Assembly: GCA_963767005.1 (NCBI GenBank)
Contig: CAVYCN010000012.1
Span: 32,001-96,000, forward strand
Reading direction: 5' to 3'
Length of the DNA stretch: 64,000 bases
Source of the DNA: an uncultured Actinomycetes bacterium
GTDB taxonomy: Bacteria > Actinomycetota > Thermoleophilia > UBA2241
Shown: positions 38,682 through 49,021 of the stretch, piece after piece
Layout of the letters: every line of letters starts with the position of its first letter
Position numbering within the stretch: the stretch's first letter is position 1
The notes under the pieces: generated by a model
What the model was told of the DNA's origin: nothing
Database searches by the model: none
What the model saw: the letters and a program-made list of their open reading frames with translations, nothing else
Translations under genes and position numbers: made by a program

Positions 38682-40862
38682 CTAGCGGGCGCCGCTCGGC
38701 ACGCCGCCGACCTCGGGCGGCTGATGCGACGCGCGTCCCAGCCGGCCGGCGCGCTCGCGGGCGCGCTCCTCGGGAGTCACGGGGCACTCGTCGGCGCACT
38801 CCCAGCGGTGCCCCGGCCAGCCGATCCGGGCGCCGACCACGCTCACGAGCCCGGGGACCAGGGCCGTGCGCACGATGAAGGTGTCGAGCAGCACGCCGAT
38901 CGCCACGCCGAGGCCGACCTCGACCAGGTACTTCACCGGCTCGGCGGCGAGGATCAGGAACGTGCCGGCCAGCACGAGACCGGCGCTGGTCAGCACCCCG
39001 CCGGTCACCGCGACGGCGCGTTCGGTGCCGTCGCGCAGGCCGCGACGGAACGACTCGGCCCGGATGCGCGTCGTGATGAAGATGTTGTAGTCGCTGCCCA
39101 GCGCCACGAGAAAGATGAACATGTAGAGCGGCACCTGGAAGCCGAACGAGCTCCAGCCGAACACCACGCGCGTGATGAAGATCACCGCCCCGGTGGCCGC
39201 GGCGAACGACAGCACGTTCGTGGCCAGCAGCAGCACGGGCGCGACCAGCGAGCGCAGCAGGAGGCCTAGCACGATCGCCGTGACGAGCAGCGCGGTCACC
39301 CCCACCACGATCGAGTCGCGGTTGGAGAGGTGATAGAGGTCGTAGCTCAAGGCGCTCGCGCCGGCGACCTGCGCGTACGCGCCGGTCGTGGCCGCCGCCG
39401 CCGCGACCCGGCCGCGCAGCGCGGCGACGTCGGTGATCGCCGTCTTACCGTAGGGGTCGCTCGCCAGGATCACCTGGTATTGCTCGACGCGGCCGCCACG
39501 GGCAGCGCCTGCCGGAAAGGCGGTGAGCACGTCTGGTGCGCTCTTGATGGCGGCGAGCAGCGCGCCCGACTGCGCGGCGCTCGGCGGCGTGCGATAGGTG
39601 GCGACCACCTGCGTGGGCGCGAGGGCGCCGGCCGGGAAGTGCTGCTGCACCAGCTTGTAACCCTGCGTCGCCGGCGTGGTCTGCAGGAAGTTGTCGATGA
39701 AGTTCAGGGTCGGCGTGTAGGCGACCAGGCCGATGCCGAGCACGGCGAGGACCGCGGCGGTCGCCGCCGCCGCGCGGCGCGGCCGGGCGACAACGGTCGC
39801 CGCCACGCGCTGCCATACGCCGTGCTTCGAGGCCTGTCCCACCCGTGGGATGCGCGGCCAGAAGGCGGCCTTGCCGAGCAGGGCCAGCAACGCCGGGATC
39901 AGCGTGAGCGCCGCGACGAAGGTCACGGCCACCCCGGTCGCGATCACAGGGGCGAAGGACGAGAACGTCGGCAGCCTGGCAAGCGAGAACGAGAGGATGG
40001 CGAGCACCACCGTGATGCCGCTCGCGGCGATCGCCTCCCACGTGCCGATCAGGCCGAGGCCGAGCGCCCTGCGCGCGTCGCGCTCGGTGTGCAGATACTC
40101 GCGGTAGCGCGAGATGAGCAGCAGCGCGTAGTCGGTCCCCGCCCCGAAGAGCAGCACGATCATCAGTGAGATCGCGAGCTTGTTCACGGTGAAGTGGAGG
40201 GCGCTCGCGGCGACGCCCAGCAGGCCGGTCGCGGTCGTGTAGGCGATGCCGACCGTGACCAGGGCGATGATCGGCAGGACCGGCGAGCGATACACGAGCA
40301 GCAGCAGCACGAGCACGATCGCCACGCTGCCACCCAGTAGCTTCGTGTCGAGGTTCGAGAAGATCTTGTAGCTGTCGGTCCCCAGACCGCCCACCCCGGT
40401 GACGTACACCTTCAGGCCGCCGCTGCGCGCGCCCACGTGCGTCTGGATCGCCGACACATTGGCGCGGTAGCTCGCCTGGCTGGGATCGCCTCGCAGCGTC
40501 GCTGCGATCAGCGCGCCCTTCCCGTCGGGCGCGAGCTGCACGACCGGCGCGCCGACGAGACCGACGTTGCCGGTGCGCAGGTATCGCGCTCCGGCCGCGA
40601 CCGCCGCCCTGGCTTGGGCGTCGAGCGGCCGCGACGAGCCGTAGGCGACGATGATCTGCGTGCCCTTGGCACGCGGGAAGGCGGCGTCGAGAGCGTTCTG
40701 GGCGCGCTGTGCCGCGGCGCTCGACGGGAGCTGCTGGGCGTCGTTGCTCGTGTGAGCCGACAGCTTGGGTCCGACGAACGGCAGAGTCGCGAGCGCGATC
40801 CACGCGGCGATCACGAGGAGCGGATGCCAGCTTCGTGTCGACCAGGTGACGATGCGGTCCAT
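38682..40862 (-). CDS. MMPL (RND superfamily) transporter
   Basis: FGAGTDYALLLISRYRE, LGSDYNIF, TGGVLTSAG, LDTFIVR. Confidence 0.9.
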   Translation of the reverse strand: MDRIVTWSTRSWHPLLVIAAWIALATLPFVGPKLSAHTSNDAQQLPSSAAAQRAQNALDAAFPRAKGTQIIVAYGSSRPLDAQARAAVAAGARYLRTGNVGLVGAPVVQLAPDGKGALIAATLRGDPSQASYRANVSAIQTHVGARSGGLKVYVTGVGGLGTDSYKIFSNLDTKLLGGSVAIVLVLLLLVYRSPVLPIIALVTVGIAYTTATGLLGVAASALHFTVNKLAISLMIVLLFGAGTDYALLLISRYREYLHTERDARRALGLGLIGTWEAIAASGITVVLAILSFSLARLPTFSSFAPVIATGVAVTFVAALTLIPALLALLGKAAFWPRIPRVGQASKHGVWQRVAATVVARPRRAAAATAAVLAVLGIGLVAYTPTLNFIDNFLQTTPATQGYKLVQQHFPAGALAPTQVVATYRTPPSAAQSGALLAAIKSAPDVLTAFPAGAARGGRVEQYQVILASDPYGKTAITDVAALRGRVAAAAATTGAYAQVAGASALSYDLYHLSNRDSIVVGVTALLVTAIVLGLLLRSLVAPVLLLATNVLSFAAATGAVIFITRVVFGWSSFGFQVPLYMFIFLVALGSDYNIFITTRIRAESFRRGLRDGTERAVAVTGGVLTSAGLVLAGTFLILAAEPVKYLVEVGLGVAIGVLLDTFIVRTALVPGLVSVVGARIGWPGHRWECADECPVTPEERARERAGRLGRASHQPPEVGGVPSGAR

Positions 40863-40890
40863 GGTGGGTTCCCTCCGAGATGCCCGCACG

Positions 40891-40919
40891 ACCATAAGCG
40901 GATAGTTTTTGTCCGTTTA
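40891..40919 (-). promoter_or_regulatory. Inverted-repeat operator overlapping the -10 (TATGGT) of the MMPL gene
   Basis: TAAGCGGATA-N5-TGTCCGTTTA, 8/10 symmetric. Confidence 0.5.
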
Positions 40920-41027
40920 CCGCGCGGGGCGGGGTTCGTAACCCCGGGAGAGAGGCTGGCGCCGGCCGCGAGCGCGCTCGCGGGAGTCGCCGGGAGGATC
41001 GCCGTCTGCCCCGCAATGAGCCGACGC

Positions 41028-41819
41028 TCAGCCCCGCGTCAGCGTGTCGACGGCGCCGTCGGTGTGGCCCACGAGGACCTCGTCGGCCACACCCAGGAAC
41101 AGGCCGTGATCGACCACGCCGGGCAGCCCCTTGAGGGCGGCGGCGAGGGCCTGAAGGCCCTCGCCGCCGCCCGCGGCCGCGTCGGGCAGATCGCAGTCCA
41201 GGATGAGGTGGCCCTCGTCGGTGACGAAGGCGCGGCCGTCGGCGGCGCGCCGCAGGCGCGCCGCAGACACGAGCTCGAGCAGCCGGCCGCGCGTCTCGCG
41301 CCAGGCGAAGCGCACGACCTCGACCGGCAGCGCGTGACGCTCACCGAGGCGCACGACGAGCTTCTCGTCCTCGACGACGATCACGACGCGCGCGGCGGCC
41401 GCGGCGATCAGCCGCTCGCGCAGCAGCGCGCCGCCGCCGCCCTTGATGAGGTCGAGCCCGGGGTCGACCTCGTCGGCGCCGTCGATCACGAGATCGAGCA
41501 GCGGCCGGCGACCCGCGTCCGGTGCGGCGCCCGCGAGGGGCGCGCCACGTCGCAGCTCGAGGTCGTCGAGCGACACCACGGGAAAGCCGGCGGCGTGCGC
41601 CAGGCGGTCGGTCTCGGTCGAGGCGACGGCGGTGAGGAGCGGCGGACCGGCGGGCCAGCGCGCCGCGGCGGCGGCGATGACGGCGGCCACCGCCCGGCCC
41701 GAGCCGAGGCCGATCGTGGTACCGGCGGTCAAGCGTGCGGCGGCGACACGGGCGGCCGCCGCGCGCGCGGCGGCCGCCGCGTCGCGACCGGCCTGACCGG
41801 CGCTCTCACTCACGCTCAT
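41028..41819 (-). CDS. rpiA: Ribose-5-phosphate isomerase A
   Basis: IGLGSG, IDGADEVD, IKGGGGALLRE, GVVDHGLF. Confidence 0.9.
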   Translation of the reverse strand: MSVSESAGQAGRDAAAAARAAAARVAAARLTAGTTIGLGSGRAVAAVIAAAAARWPAGPPLLTAVASTETDRLAHAAGFPVVSLDDLELRRGAPLAGAAPDAGRRPLLDLVIDGADEVDPGLDLIKGGGGALLRERLIAAAAARVVIVVEDEKLVVRLGERHALPVEVVRFAWRETRGRLLELVSAARLRRAADGRAFVTDEGHLILDCDLPDAAAGGGEGLQALAAALKGLPGVVDHGLFLGVADEVLVGHTDGAVDTLTRG

Positions 41820-43395
41820 CGCCTCGCACCCCCGATCGCCACGCCCTCGCCGTCGTGGCGCCGGCGTCATCGCCTCGCGGCAGTGATTCCCCGGGCACCG
41901 GAGAAGAGTGCCCGGTGGCCGCGGGTCGTGTGAGCGACACGAGACCGCCGATCAGGGCCATCGCCGCGGCGACCGTCATCGCCAGGCGGAAGCCCTGCGT
42001 GTACAGGCCGCCCGAGTCGACGACCCGTGCTCCCAGGAAGATGACCTTCCCGCCGACCGGACCGAGCCGGGAGCCGGCGATGCCGCCGAGCAGCGCCACC
42101 GACACCGCCTGGCCGGTGAACCGCATGGTGGCAAGGAACGAGGCGGCGACGCCGAGCCGGGAGCGCTCGACCGCGCCCATCACCGCCGAGGTGTTGGGCG
42201 CGCTGAACGCGGCCATGCCGAGCCCCACCACGGCCAGCGCGGCCATCACCCGCGGTACCGAGGCGGCCTGCGACATGGTCGCGAGCAGGACCAGCCCGAC
42301 GGCGATCAGCAGCATGCCGCCGCTCGCCAAGGTGCGCGTACCGATACGGTCCGACAGCCGGCCGGCCGGCTCCGACAGCGCCGCCATGAGGACCGGCTGC
42401 GAGATCAGCATGAGCCCGGCGACCTGCGGCGAGCGATGCTGCGCCACCTCGAGGAAGACGGCGGTGAGCACCGTCACCGCGTTCATCGCCGCGTAGTTGA
42501 GCAGGGCCGCCAGGTTGGCGGTGGCGAACAGACGGTTGTGCCGCAGGAGGGTCAGGTCGAACACCGGGTCGGCGCGGCGGCTCTCGACGGCGACGAACGC
42601 CGCGCCGGCCAGCACCGCCGCGGCGAGGAGCCCGAGCGCCGCGGGCGAGACCCAGCCCCACTGGAACCCGAAGGTGAGGGGCACGATGAAGGCCGCGAGC
42701 GCGAAGGCGAGCAGGGCGGCGCCGGCGAGATCGAACGACCTCGCCGGCGCCGCCCCCGCCGCCTCGCGATCCTGACGTTCGGCCGGCAGCAGGGAGCGGC
42801 CGGCGAGCAGCGTGGCTGCGCCGATCGGGATGTTCACGTAGAAGATCCAGCGCCAGCTGTCGGCGGCGGCCGGGAACGTGAGGTGCTGCACGATGAGGCC
42901 GCCGAGCAGCGGCCCGACCGTGAGCCCGACGTACACCCACATCGTCATGAACCCGAGCGCGCGGCCGCGCTCGGCCGGCGGGTAGGCGGCCGTGACGAGG
43001 GCGGCCGCCGTCGCGCTGAGCAGAGCCCCGCCCACGCCCTGTACGACGCGTGCGGCGATCAGGACGGCGGCGTCGGGGGCAAGGCCCGACGCCACGGAGC
43101 CGGCGGTGAACACGACCACGCCGGCCAGGAAGAAGCGCACGCGACCGTGCTCGTCGGCGAGCCGGCCGAGAGGCACGAGGCACGCGCTGATGGCGAGCAG
43201 GTAGGCCGCCTGGACCCAGATCGCCTCGCTGTAGCTGAGCTGCAGGGAGCGGGCGATCGGCTGCAGGGCGACCGACACGATGCTGCCGTCGAGCGGCGTC
43301 ATGAAGATGCCGATCGACGCAAGGGCCAGGACCCGCCGTCGGTGGCGGTGCAGCGCGGTATCCGGCCGCGGGCCGGCGGGGCTCTCAGACGACAT
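41806..43395 (-). CDS. MFS transporter, DHA2 14-TM type
   Basis: LDGSIVSVAL, GRLADEHGR, WRWIFYVNIPIG. Confidence 0.9.
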   Translation of the reverse strand: MSSESPAGPRPDTALHRHRRRVLALASIGIFMTPLDGSIVSVALQPIARSLQLSYSEAIWVQAAYLLAISACLVPLGRLADEHGRVRFFLAGVVVFTAGSVASGLAPDAAVLIAARVVQGVGGALLSATAAALVTAAYPPAERGRALGFMTMWVYVGLTVGPLLGGLIVQHLTFPAAADSWRWIFYVNIPIGAATLLAGRSLLPAERQDREAAGAAPARSFDLAGAALLAFALAAFIVPLTFGFQWGWVSPAALGLLAAAVLAGAAFVAVESRRADPVFDLTLLRHNRLFATANLAALLNYAAMNAVTVLTAVFLEVAQHRSPQVAGLMLISQPVLMAALSEPAGRLSDRIGTRTLASGGMLLIAVGLVLLATMSQAASVPRVMAALAVVGLGMAAFSAPNTSAVMGAVERSRLGVAASFLATMRFTGQAVSVALLGGIAGSRLGPVGGKVIFLGARVVDSGGLYTQGFRLAMTVAAAMALIGGLVSLTRPAATGHSSPVPGESLPRGDDAGATTARAWRSGVRGDERE

Positions 43396-43446
43396 GGCGG
43401 AACGGTACCACCGGCGCCGCGACTTGAGACCTCGCGCGGGCGCTGA

Positions 43447-45021
43447 CTACCGGCGCGCCGGCTCCTGGGAGGGCTGGCCCACCCCGGCCGCACGGACGGC
43501 GCGCAGCGCCGCCTCATGACGCTCCCAGAGGCCGTCCCACACACGGGCGCGCGACTCGTCGGGCATGAAGGCCTCGACCGTGGCGGGCGCGGCGGCGGGG
43601 CGGCCGCGGCCGACGGCCGCAGCCGCCAGCACCGCCGCGCCGATCGCCGAGTACTCGCTCTCGCCGTGGGCGGCGTAGACGACGTCGCGCCGGCAGGCGT
43701 CGGCGAGCTGCCGCCGGAAGCTCTGGTCGACGGCGCTGCCACCGGCCACGCACACCGGGCCGCGCGGCAGACCGGCCTGCTCGAGCACTTCGAGGCAACG
43801 CCGCGTCTCGAGCACGATGCCGTCGACCAGGGCGCGCGCCACCTCGGCGGCGCCGTGCCCCAGGCTGAGGCCGAGGAGCGAGCCGGAGAGGAGCGGGTCC
43901 CAGAGGGCGCCCTGCTCGCCGGGGGCGAGGTAGGGCAGGAACGAGAGGCCGCCGGCGCCCGGCGCGACGCGCGCCGCCATGGCCATGAGCGCCGCCTCGT
44001 CGCCGCCGGCCTCGCCCAGCAGGCCGGCGAGCCAGTGGAACGCGCTGCCCGTCGTGAGCAGGTCCATCTCGAAGCCCCAGCCGTCGATGCCGGCGAGCGG
44101 CGTGATGAGGTACCGGTGACCGGGATCGATCACGAGCCGGTCGGCGACGCCGAGCAGCACCGTGCTCGTGCCGGCGATGCAGGCGACGCCGCCGGCGTGC
44201 TGGACGCCGAGGCCCAGGCAGCCGAGCACCGAGTCGGCCCCGCCCACGCAGACCGGCAGATCCGGCGGTAGGCCGAGACAGGCGGCGACCGCGGGCGCGA
44301 CGGGGCGCGTCGCGGTCGAGGGCAGGACCGCCGGCAGGGCCGGCAGGGCATACGCCGGCTCGCCGCCGGACGGCGACTCGTCGCCCGACGCCGTCGCGCG
44401 GGCGGCGGCGCGCAGCTCGTCGGCGGCCGCCGCGACGACCTCGTCGAGCCACTCCCCCGCCTCGAGCCCGTAGCAGCCGAAGCCGCTCGCCGTGCTCGGG
44501 TCGGTCGCGGCCTCGCCGGTCAGGCGCAGGAACAGCCAATCCTTGGCGCCGAGCAGCAGGCGCGCGCGGCGCGCCGCTTGCGGCGCGACGCGCGCCAGGC
44601 GCAGGAACATGGGCAGCAGGTAACGGCCGTCGACCCACTGGCCGGTGCGCGCGTAGAGCCGGTCGCCGTCGAGGCGGACGCGCAGCGCCTCGCCCTCGGG
44701 CTCGGCGCGCGCGTCCTCCCAGGTGATGGCGGGCGCGACCGGCTCGCCGGCGTCGTCGGCGAGCACGAGCGTCGGGATCATGCCCGACAGGCCGACCGCC
44801 GCCCAGCGCTCGCGGGGAGCGCCGGCGGCGAGCGCCGCGACGACCTGTTCGAGCGCACGCCACCAGTCGTGCGGCGACTGCTCGGCGGCGCCGGCCTCGG
44901 GGCGCTGCGTGGGGTAATCGGCGCGGGCGCGGGCGGCGACCTCGCCGCCCGCGCTCACCGCCACGCCCTTGAGGCTCGAGGTGCCCAGGTCGAGCCCGAC
45001 GAACAGCTCGCCGTCCGTCAC
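43447..45021 (-). CDS. FGGY-family carbohydrate kinase (xylulokinase-like)
   Basis: GLDLGTSSLK, ITWEDAR, GGADS, FLPYL.GE. Confidence 0.85.
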   Translation of the reverse strand: MTDGELFVGLDLGTSSLKGVAVSAGGEVAARARADYPTQRPEAGAAEQSPHDWWRALEQVVAALAAGAPRERWAAVGLSGMIPTLVLADDAGEPVAPAITWEDARAEPEGEALRVRLDGDRLYARTGQWVDGRYLLPMFLRLARVAPQAARRARLLLGAKDWLFLRLTGEAATDPSTASGFGCYGLEAGEWLDEVVAAAADELRAAARATASGDESPSGGEPAYALPALPAVLPSTATRPVAPAVAACLGLPPDLPVCVGGADSVLGCLGLGVQHAGGVACIAGTSTVLLGVADRLVIDPGHRYLITPLAGIDGWGFEMDLLTTGSAFHWLAGLLGEAGGDEAALMAMAARVAPGAGGLSFLPYLAPGEQGALWDPLLSGSLLGLSLGHGAAEVARALVDGIVLETRRCLEVLEQAGLPRGPVCVAGGSAVDQSFRRQLADACRRDVVYAAHGESEYSAIGAAVLAAAAVGRGRPAAAPATVEAFMPDESRARVWDGLWERHEAALRAVRAAGVGQPSQEPARR

Positions 45022-45055
45022 AGACCGGGCCTCTTGTTCAGGGGTTCGCCGCCGG

Positions 45056-46528
45056 TCACAGACCGAACCCCTCGCTGGGCGGCTCGGGCTTGTCGAAGGC
45101 GGCCTCGACCTTGTCGCCGAAGCTCGTGGTCGGATCGCTGTAGAACTTCGCGTGGCCCACCGCCTTGGCGACGAACGACAGCGGAATGGCGGCGAGCGCC
45201 AGTCCGAATCCGAGGCCGATCTCGGCGCCCGAAAGCGCACCGGTCGCCAGCTCGTAGACGATCACGAAGACCATGAAGGCGGCGCCGAAGCCGGGCAGGA
45301 TGCCGCCGAGCACGAAGTTGCCGACACTCCGCGTAATGGTCCTGCGGTAGTACCAGACGGCCGTGCTCGCCGTGAGGAAGTAGAAGATCGCCGCCATCAG
45401 CCCCAGAGTGTCGACGATGTTCAGGAGAGCGTTGCCGATGCTCGAGAAGAGCGTCGTGCCCCAGAGGAAGACGACGTTGAGCAGGCCGAGCAGGATGGTC
45501 GCGTTCCACGGTGTGAGGTAGCGCGGGTGGACGCTGTCGAAGAACTTCGGGAACACGCGGTCGCGGCCCATGGCGAACGAGATGCGACCGGAGCTCACGA
45601 TCGCGGCCTGCAGGCTGGCGAGCGTGCCGCCGAGCACGGCCACGATCATCACGTTCTTCCAGAAGCCGCCACCGATCGTGTTGCCGACGTAGGCCAGGAT
45701 GTTCGCCTGGTTGGCGGACAGCGTGCCGATCGAAGCGACGCCCTGGAACGAGAAGATCACGAACGAGTAGATGAACAGGAGGATGACCACGCTCATGATC
45801 GCGGCCGATCCGGCCTGCTTGCCCTTGGCCTCTTCACCGACGTACGCCGCGGTGTCCCATCCGGAGTACAGGAAGATGGCGATCAGGATGCCGCCGACGA
45901 GGCCGGTCTTCGGCAGCGTGAAGAGCGAGCTCGCGGTGTGCACCGAGCCCGACAGTCCCGTGCTGTAGATCATGATCAGGGCCGCGATCGAGAAACCGAT
46001 GATGAGCGCGTACTCGAACACCGCCCAGACCCAGTTGAAGCGGGCCGAGAGCTTGATGCCGAGGGCCGCGATGATCAGCACGATGATGTTGAAGACGCTG
46101 CCGACGAACGCCACCCAGTACTTGTTGTTGGCGGCGCTATTCGAGAAGAAGCTCAGAAAGTACGTGCCGAGCGGCACGGTGAGGCTGGTCGTGCCGATCG
46201 TGTAGTACATCAGCATGATCCAGCCAGCGAAGAAGCCGGCGTGCGGGTTGAGCGCGCGGCCGACCCACGAGTAGGTCGCGCCGGCGCTCGGCTGCCAGGC
46301 GTTCAGACGCTGGTAGCCGATGGCGATGCCCATCATCGGGATGAAGCAGATGAGGATCGCCATGAAGGTGTGGTAGTAGACGGCCGCGATCAGGCCGAAC
46401 ATGCCCACGGCGATGCTCTGCGTGGGCCCCGAGCTTGCCAACGCCATGATGACCACGTCGCCGATCCGCAGGGCGCCGGCCTTGAGGCCGCTCTGGCCGG
46501 TCGATGGCTGTAACGTGAGGTCGGACAT
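45056..46528 (-). CDS. APC-family amino acid/amine permease
   Basis: About 12 TM segments; PSAGATYSW, YSGWD..AYVGEE, FAMGRD. Confidence 0.9.
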   Translation of the reverse strand: MSDLTLQPSTGQSGLKAGALRIGDVVIMALASSGPTQSIAVGMFGLIAAVYYHTFMAILICFIPMMGIAIGYQRLNAWQPSAGATYSWVGRALNPHAGFFAGWIMLMYYTIGTTSLTVPLGTYFLSFFSNSAANNKYWVAFVGSVFNIIVLIIAALGIKLSARFNWVWAVFEYALIIGFSIAALIMIYSTGLSGSVHTASSLFTLPKTGLVGGILIAIFLYSGWDTAAYVGEEAKGKQAGSAAIMSVVILLFIYSFVIFSFQGVASIGTLSANQANILAYVGNTIGGGFWKNVMIVAVLGGTLASLQAAIVSSGRISFAMGRDRVFPKFFDSVHPRYLTPWNATILLGLLNVVFLWGTTLFSSIGNALLNIVDTLGLMAAIFYFLTASTAVWYYRRTITRSVGNFVLGGILPGFGAAFMVFVIVYELATGALSGAEIGLGFGLALAAIPLSFVAKAVGHAKFYSDPTTSFGDKVEAAFDKPEPPSEGFGL

Positions 46529-46541
46529 GGGACTCCCCCTT

Positions 46542-47402
46542 TCAGGGACGGCCGTGCGGCCGGGAACGGGAGTGTGAGGAGCGCGTCGACCGGTCGCCGT
46601 CGCCAGCGGCGGCGACCGGCGTCACGCTCCAGTCGCGCAGGTCGCTGCCGCGGAACACGTGGCGCGCGGTCTGGCCGGAGATCGAGAAGACGACCTCTTC
46701 GGCCGGGTAGACCTGCTCGAAGCAGTCGAACGGGCGGGCGTGCTTGTCGAAGCTGACGCCGCGCAGCCGCACCACCTGGTCGCCGCGGGCGAGCTCGAGC
46801 AGACGGCGCTCGGCCGCGCTCGGCGTGACGACCTCGAGGAACTGCTCCTCGTAGTCGTCGTCGAGCCCGTAGCGCCGGGCGAGCAGGCGGTAGAGCGAGT
46901 CGGCGATCTCGGCGCTGCGTCCGTCGAGGCCGGGCGCCAGGACGACCGGGATCACGGCGCGCTCGGCGATCATCGGGCGACCGTCGACGACCCGCAGACG
47001 GCGTACCGTCCACACGTGGTCGTCGGCGCCGAGCTGCAGGGCGTGCGCGAGGGCGGGCGACGGTGCGCACCGTTCGATGCCCAGGATCCTGGTCGTGAGC
47101 TCGTGCGCGCCGTGCTCCTCGGCGAGCGTGCCCAGCAGGCCGCCGGCACGACCCGGCTCGCTCACCAGGCGGGGTCGGGCGACGAACGTGCCGAGCCCCT
47201 GGTGGCTGCGCACCTTGCCCTCGTGCTCGAGCTCGGCGAGGGCGCGGCGCACCGTGATCAGGCTCACGCCGGCCATCGCCGCGAGCTCGCCGCGGCTCGG
47301 CAGCAGATCGCCGGGGCCGAGCCGTTGCTCGGCGATCAGGCCCTCGACCATGGCCATGACGTCGCGGTACCGCAGTCGTTTGGCATCGGGTGTCTCGGCC
47401 AC
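46542..47402 (-). CDS. GntR-family (HutC/UTRA) regulator
   Basis: LPSRGELAAMAGVSLITVRRAL, QGLGTFV; GTG 47402 with GGGAGG RBS (the 750-aa ORF call is over-extended). Confidence 0.88.
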   Translation of the reverse strand: MAETPDAKRLRYRDVMAMVEGLIAEQRLGPGDLLPSRGELAAMAGVSLITVRRALAELEHEGKVRSHQGLGTFVARPRLVSEPGRAGGLLGTLAEEHGAHELTTRILGIERCAPSPALAHALQLGADDHVWTVRRLRVVDGRPMIAERAVIPVVLAPGLDGRSAEIADSLYRLLARRYGLDDDYEEQFLEVVTPSAAERRLLELARGDQVVRLRGVSFDKHARPFDCFEQVYPAEEVVFSISGQTARHVFRGSDLRDWSVTPVAAAGDGDRSTRSSHSRSRPHGRP

Positions 47403-47428
47403 GCTGACCTCCCTCGGACGACGCCGTC

Positions 47429-48790
47429 TCAGACGGCCGCCCTCTCGGCGGCGAGGATCGGGAACACTTCGGCCGCCGCGGCGAGCGTCTGGTCGACGTC
47501 GGCGTCGGTGTGTACGAGGCTCACGAACAGGTTCTCGAACTGGCTCGGATGGAAGATCACGCCGCGCAGCAGCATCTCCTGCCACCAGCGCGTGAAGAAC
47601 GCCTCGTCGGCATGAGCGCGCGCCTCGCGCCAGTCGTGGATCGGGTGCTCCGAGAACCAGAGCTGGAACACCGTGCCCAGGCCCTCGACCTGGACCGGCA
47701 CGCCGTGCTCGGCGGCGAGGTCGCGCAGGCCCTGGGCGAGGCGGTCGCCGACCGCCCGCTGGCGCTCGTACAGGCCGGGCTCGGCCAGAAGGTCCATAGT
47801 GGCCGACACCGCGGCGCACTGCACGACGTTGGCGTTGTAGGTGCCCGAGTGCGAGTAGCGGCCGTCGTCGATCATCGCCATGACCGCGCGCGAGCCGCCG
47901 ATCGCGGCGACGGGAAAGCCGCCGCCGAGCCCCTTCGCCAGGGTGGTGAGGTCGGGCATGACGCCGTACCACTCCTGGCCGCCGCCCCGACAGAAGCGAA
48001 AGCCGGTGATGACCTCGTCGAAGATCAGCAGGGCGCCGTGCTTGCGGGTCTCGGCGCGCAGCAGCTCGAGATAGCCGGGACGCGGCAGGATGCAGCCGGT
48101 GTTGAACATCGCCGGCTCGGTGATGACCGCGGCGATCTCGTCGCCGTGCTCGTCCATGACCCGGCGGAAGCCGTCGGCGTCGTTCCACGAGAGCACGACG
48201 AGGGTGTCGGCGAGCTCCTGAGGCACCCCCGGCCCTGAGGGGACCGGCCGCGGCCGGTCGGCGGGGCCGGCTGCGGCGGGGTCGACGTGGTTGCTCCAGT
48301 ACACGACGTCCTGCCAGCCGTGGTAGTGGCCCTCGAAGCGCACCAGCAGGCGGCGCCCGGTGACGGCCCGGGCGAGGCGCACGGCGGTGCCGACCGCCTC
48401 GCTGCCCGAGTTCGTGAAGCGCACCATCTCGACGCTCGGCACGGCCGCGATGACCTTCTCGGCGGCCTCGATCTCGAGCTCGTAGGGCACCCCGAAACAG
48501 GTGCCGAGCTCGGCTACGGCGTCGTGCACCGCGGCGGTCACGACGGGGTGACGATGTCCGAGGATCATGGGGCCCAGGCCCAGCAGGTAGTCGATGTACT
48601 CGTTGCCGTCGACATCGGTCATGCGCGAGCCGGTGCCCTGTGCCATGAACGGGGGATAGGGCACCCAGCCGAACTTGAACGTGCGGGCGCTCGAGCCGGC
48701 GCCGGCCGGGATCGCGCGGCGGGCGCGGCCGAACAGCTCTGCCGAGCCTTGCGTGCGCTCTTCGTAGCGCGCTTCGAAATCCATCAGCAT
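47429..48790 (-). CDS. Class III PLP aminotransferase (GSA-aminomutase-like)
   Basis: DVDGNEYIDY, NSGSEA, HYHGWQD, LLIFDEVITGFR, PDLTTLAKGLGGG. Confidence 0.9.
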   Translation of the reverse strand: MLMDFEARYEERTQGSAELFGRARRAIPAGAGSSARTFKFGWVPYPPFMAQGTGSRMTDVDGNEYIDYLLGLGPMILGHRHPVVTAAVHDAVAELGTCFGVPYELEIEAAEKVIAAVPSVEMVRFTNSGSEAVGTAVRLARAVTGRRLLVRFEGHYHGWQDVVYWSNHVDPAAAGPADRPRPVPSGPGVPQELADTLVVLSWNDADGFRRVMDEHGDEIAAVITEPAMFNTGCILPRPGYLELLRAETRKHGALLIFDEVITGFRFCRGGGQEWYGVMPDLTTLAKGLGGGFPVAAIGGSRAVMAMIDDGRYSHSGTYNANVVQCAAVSATMDLLAEPGLYERQRAVGDRLAQGLRDLAAEHGVPVQVEGLGTVFQLWFSEHPIHDWREARAHADEAFFTRWWQEMLLRGVIFHPSQFENLFVSLVHTDADVDQTLAAAAEVFPILAAERAAV

Positions 48791-48885
48791 CCACTCCTCG
48801 GGTACCGTGACGCGCCGTACACCCGGTGCGCCGGGGCCGCGCGCCGGGGCCGCCGAAGCCGGTCCGTCCGCGCGGAGACCTGTCT

Positions 48886-48900
48886 GTATGGTGAGTATAT
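48886..48900 (-). promoter_or_regulatory. Degenerate copy of the shared operator upstream of the aminotransferase
   Basis: Reverse complement ATATACTCACCATAC versus GTATACCGATTATAC at 53207. Confidence 0.4.
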
Positions 48901-48965
48901 CAAGTGACCAGCCGCGCCCGGCGCAGCGTCTTCTGGACGTACCGTGCAGACGCCGGACTCACGCC

Positions 48966-49021
48966 TCGGCCACGATCCGCGCGTAGGCGTCTCACCCATC
49001 GGCCACGATCCGCGCGTAGGC
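48966..49021. repeat. 23-bp direct repeat duplicating the 3' end of the ammonia-lyase gene
   Basis: TCGGCCACGATCCGCGCGTAGGC at 48966 and 48999, period 33. Confidence 0.85.

Noticed and set aside
47429-48790. Calling either class III aminotransferase hemL
   Set aside because: The context is catabolic with no tetrapyrrole genes; family similarity alone does not fix the substrate.
46542-48794. 750-aa ORF suggesting an aminotransferase-GntR fusion
   Set aside because: The aminotransferase is in another frame with its own stop at 47429, and GntR has its own RBS and GTG at 47402.
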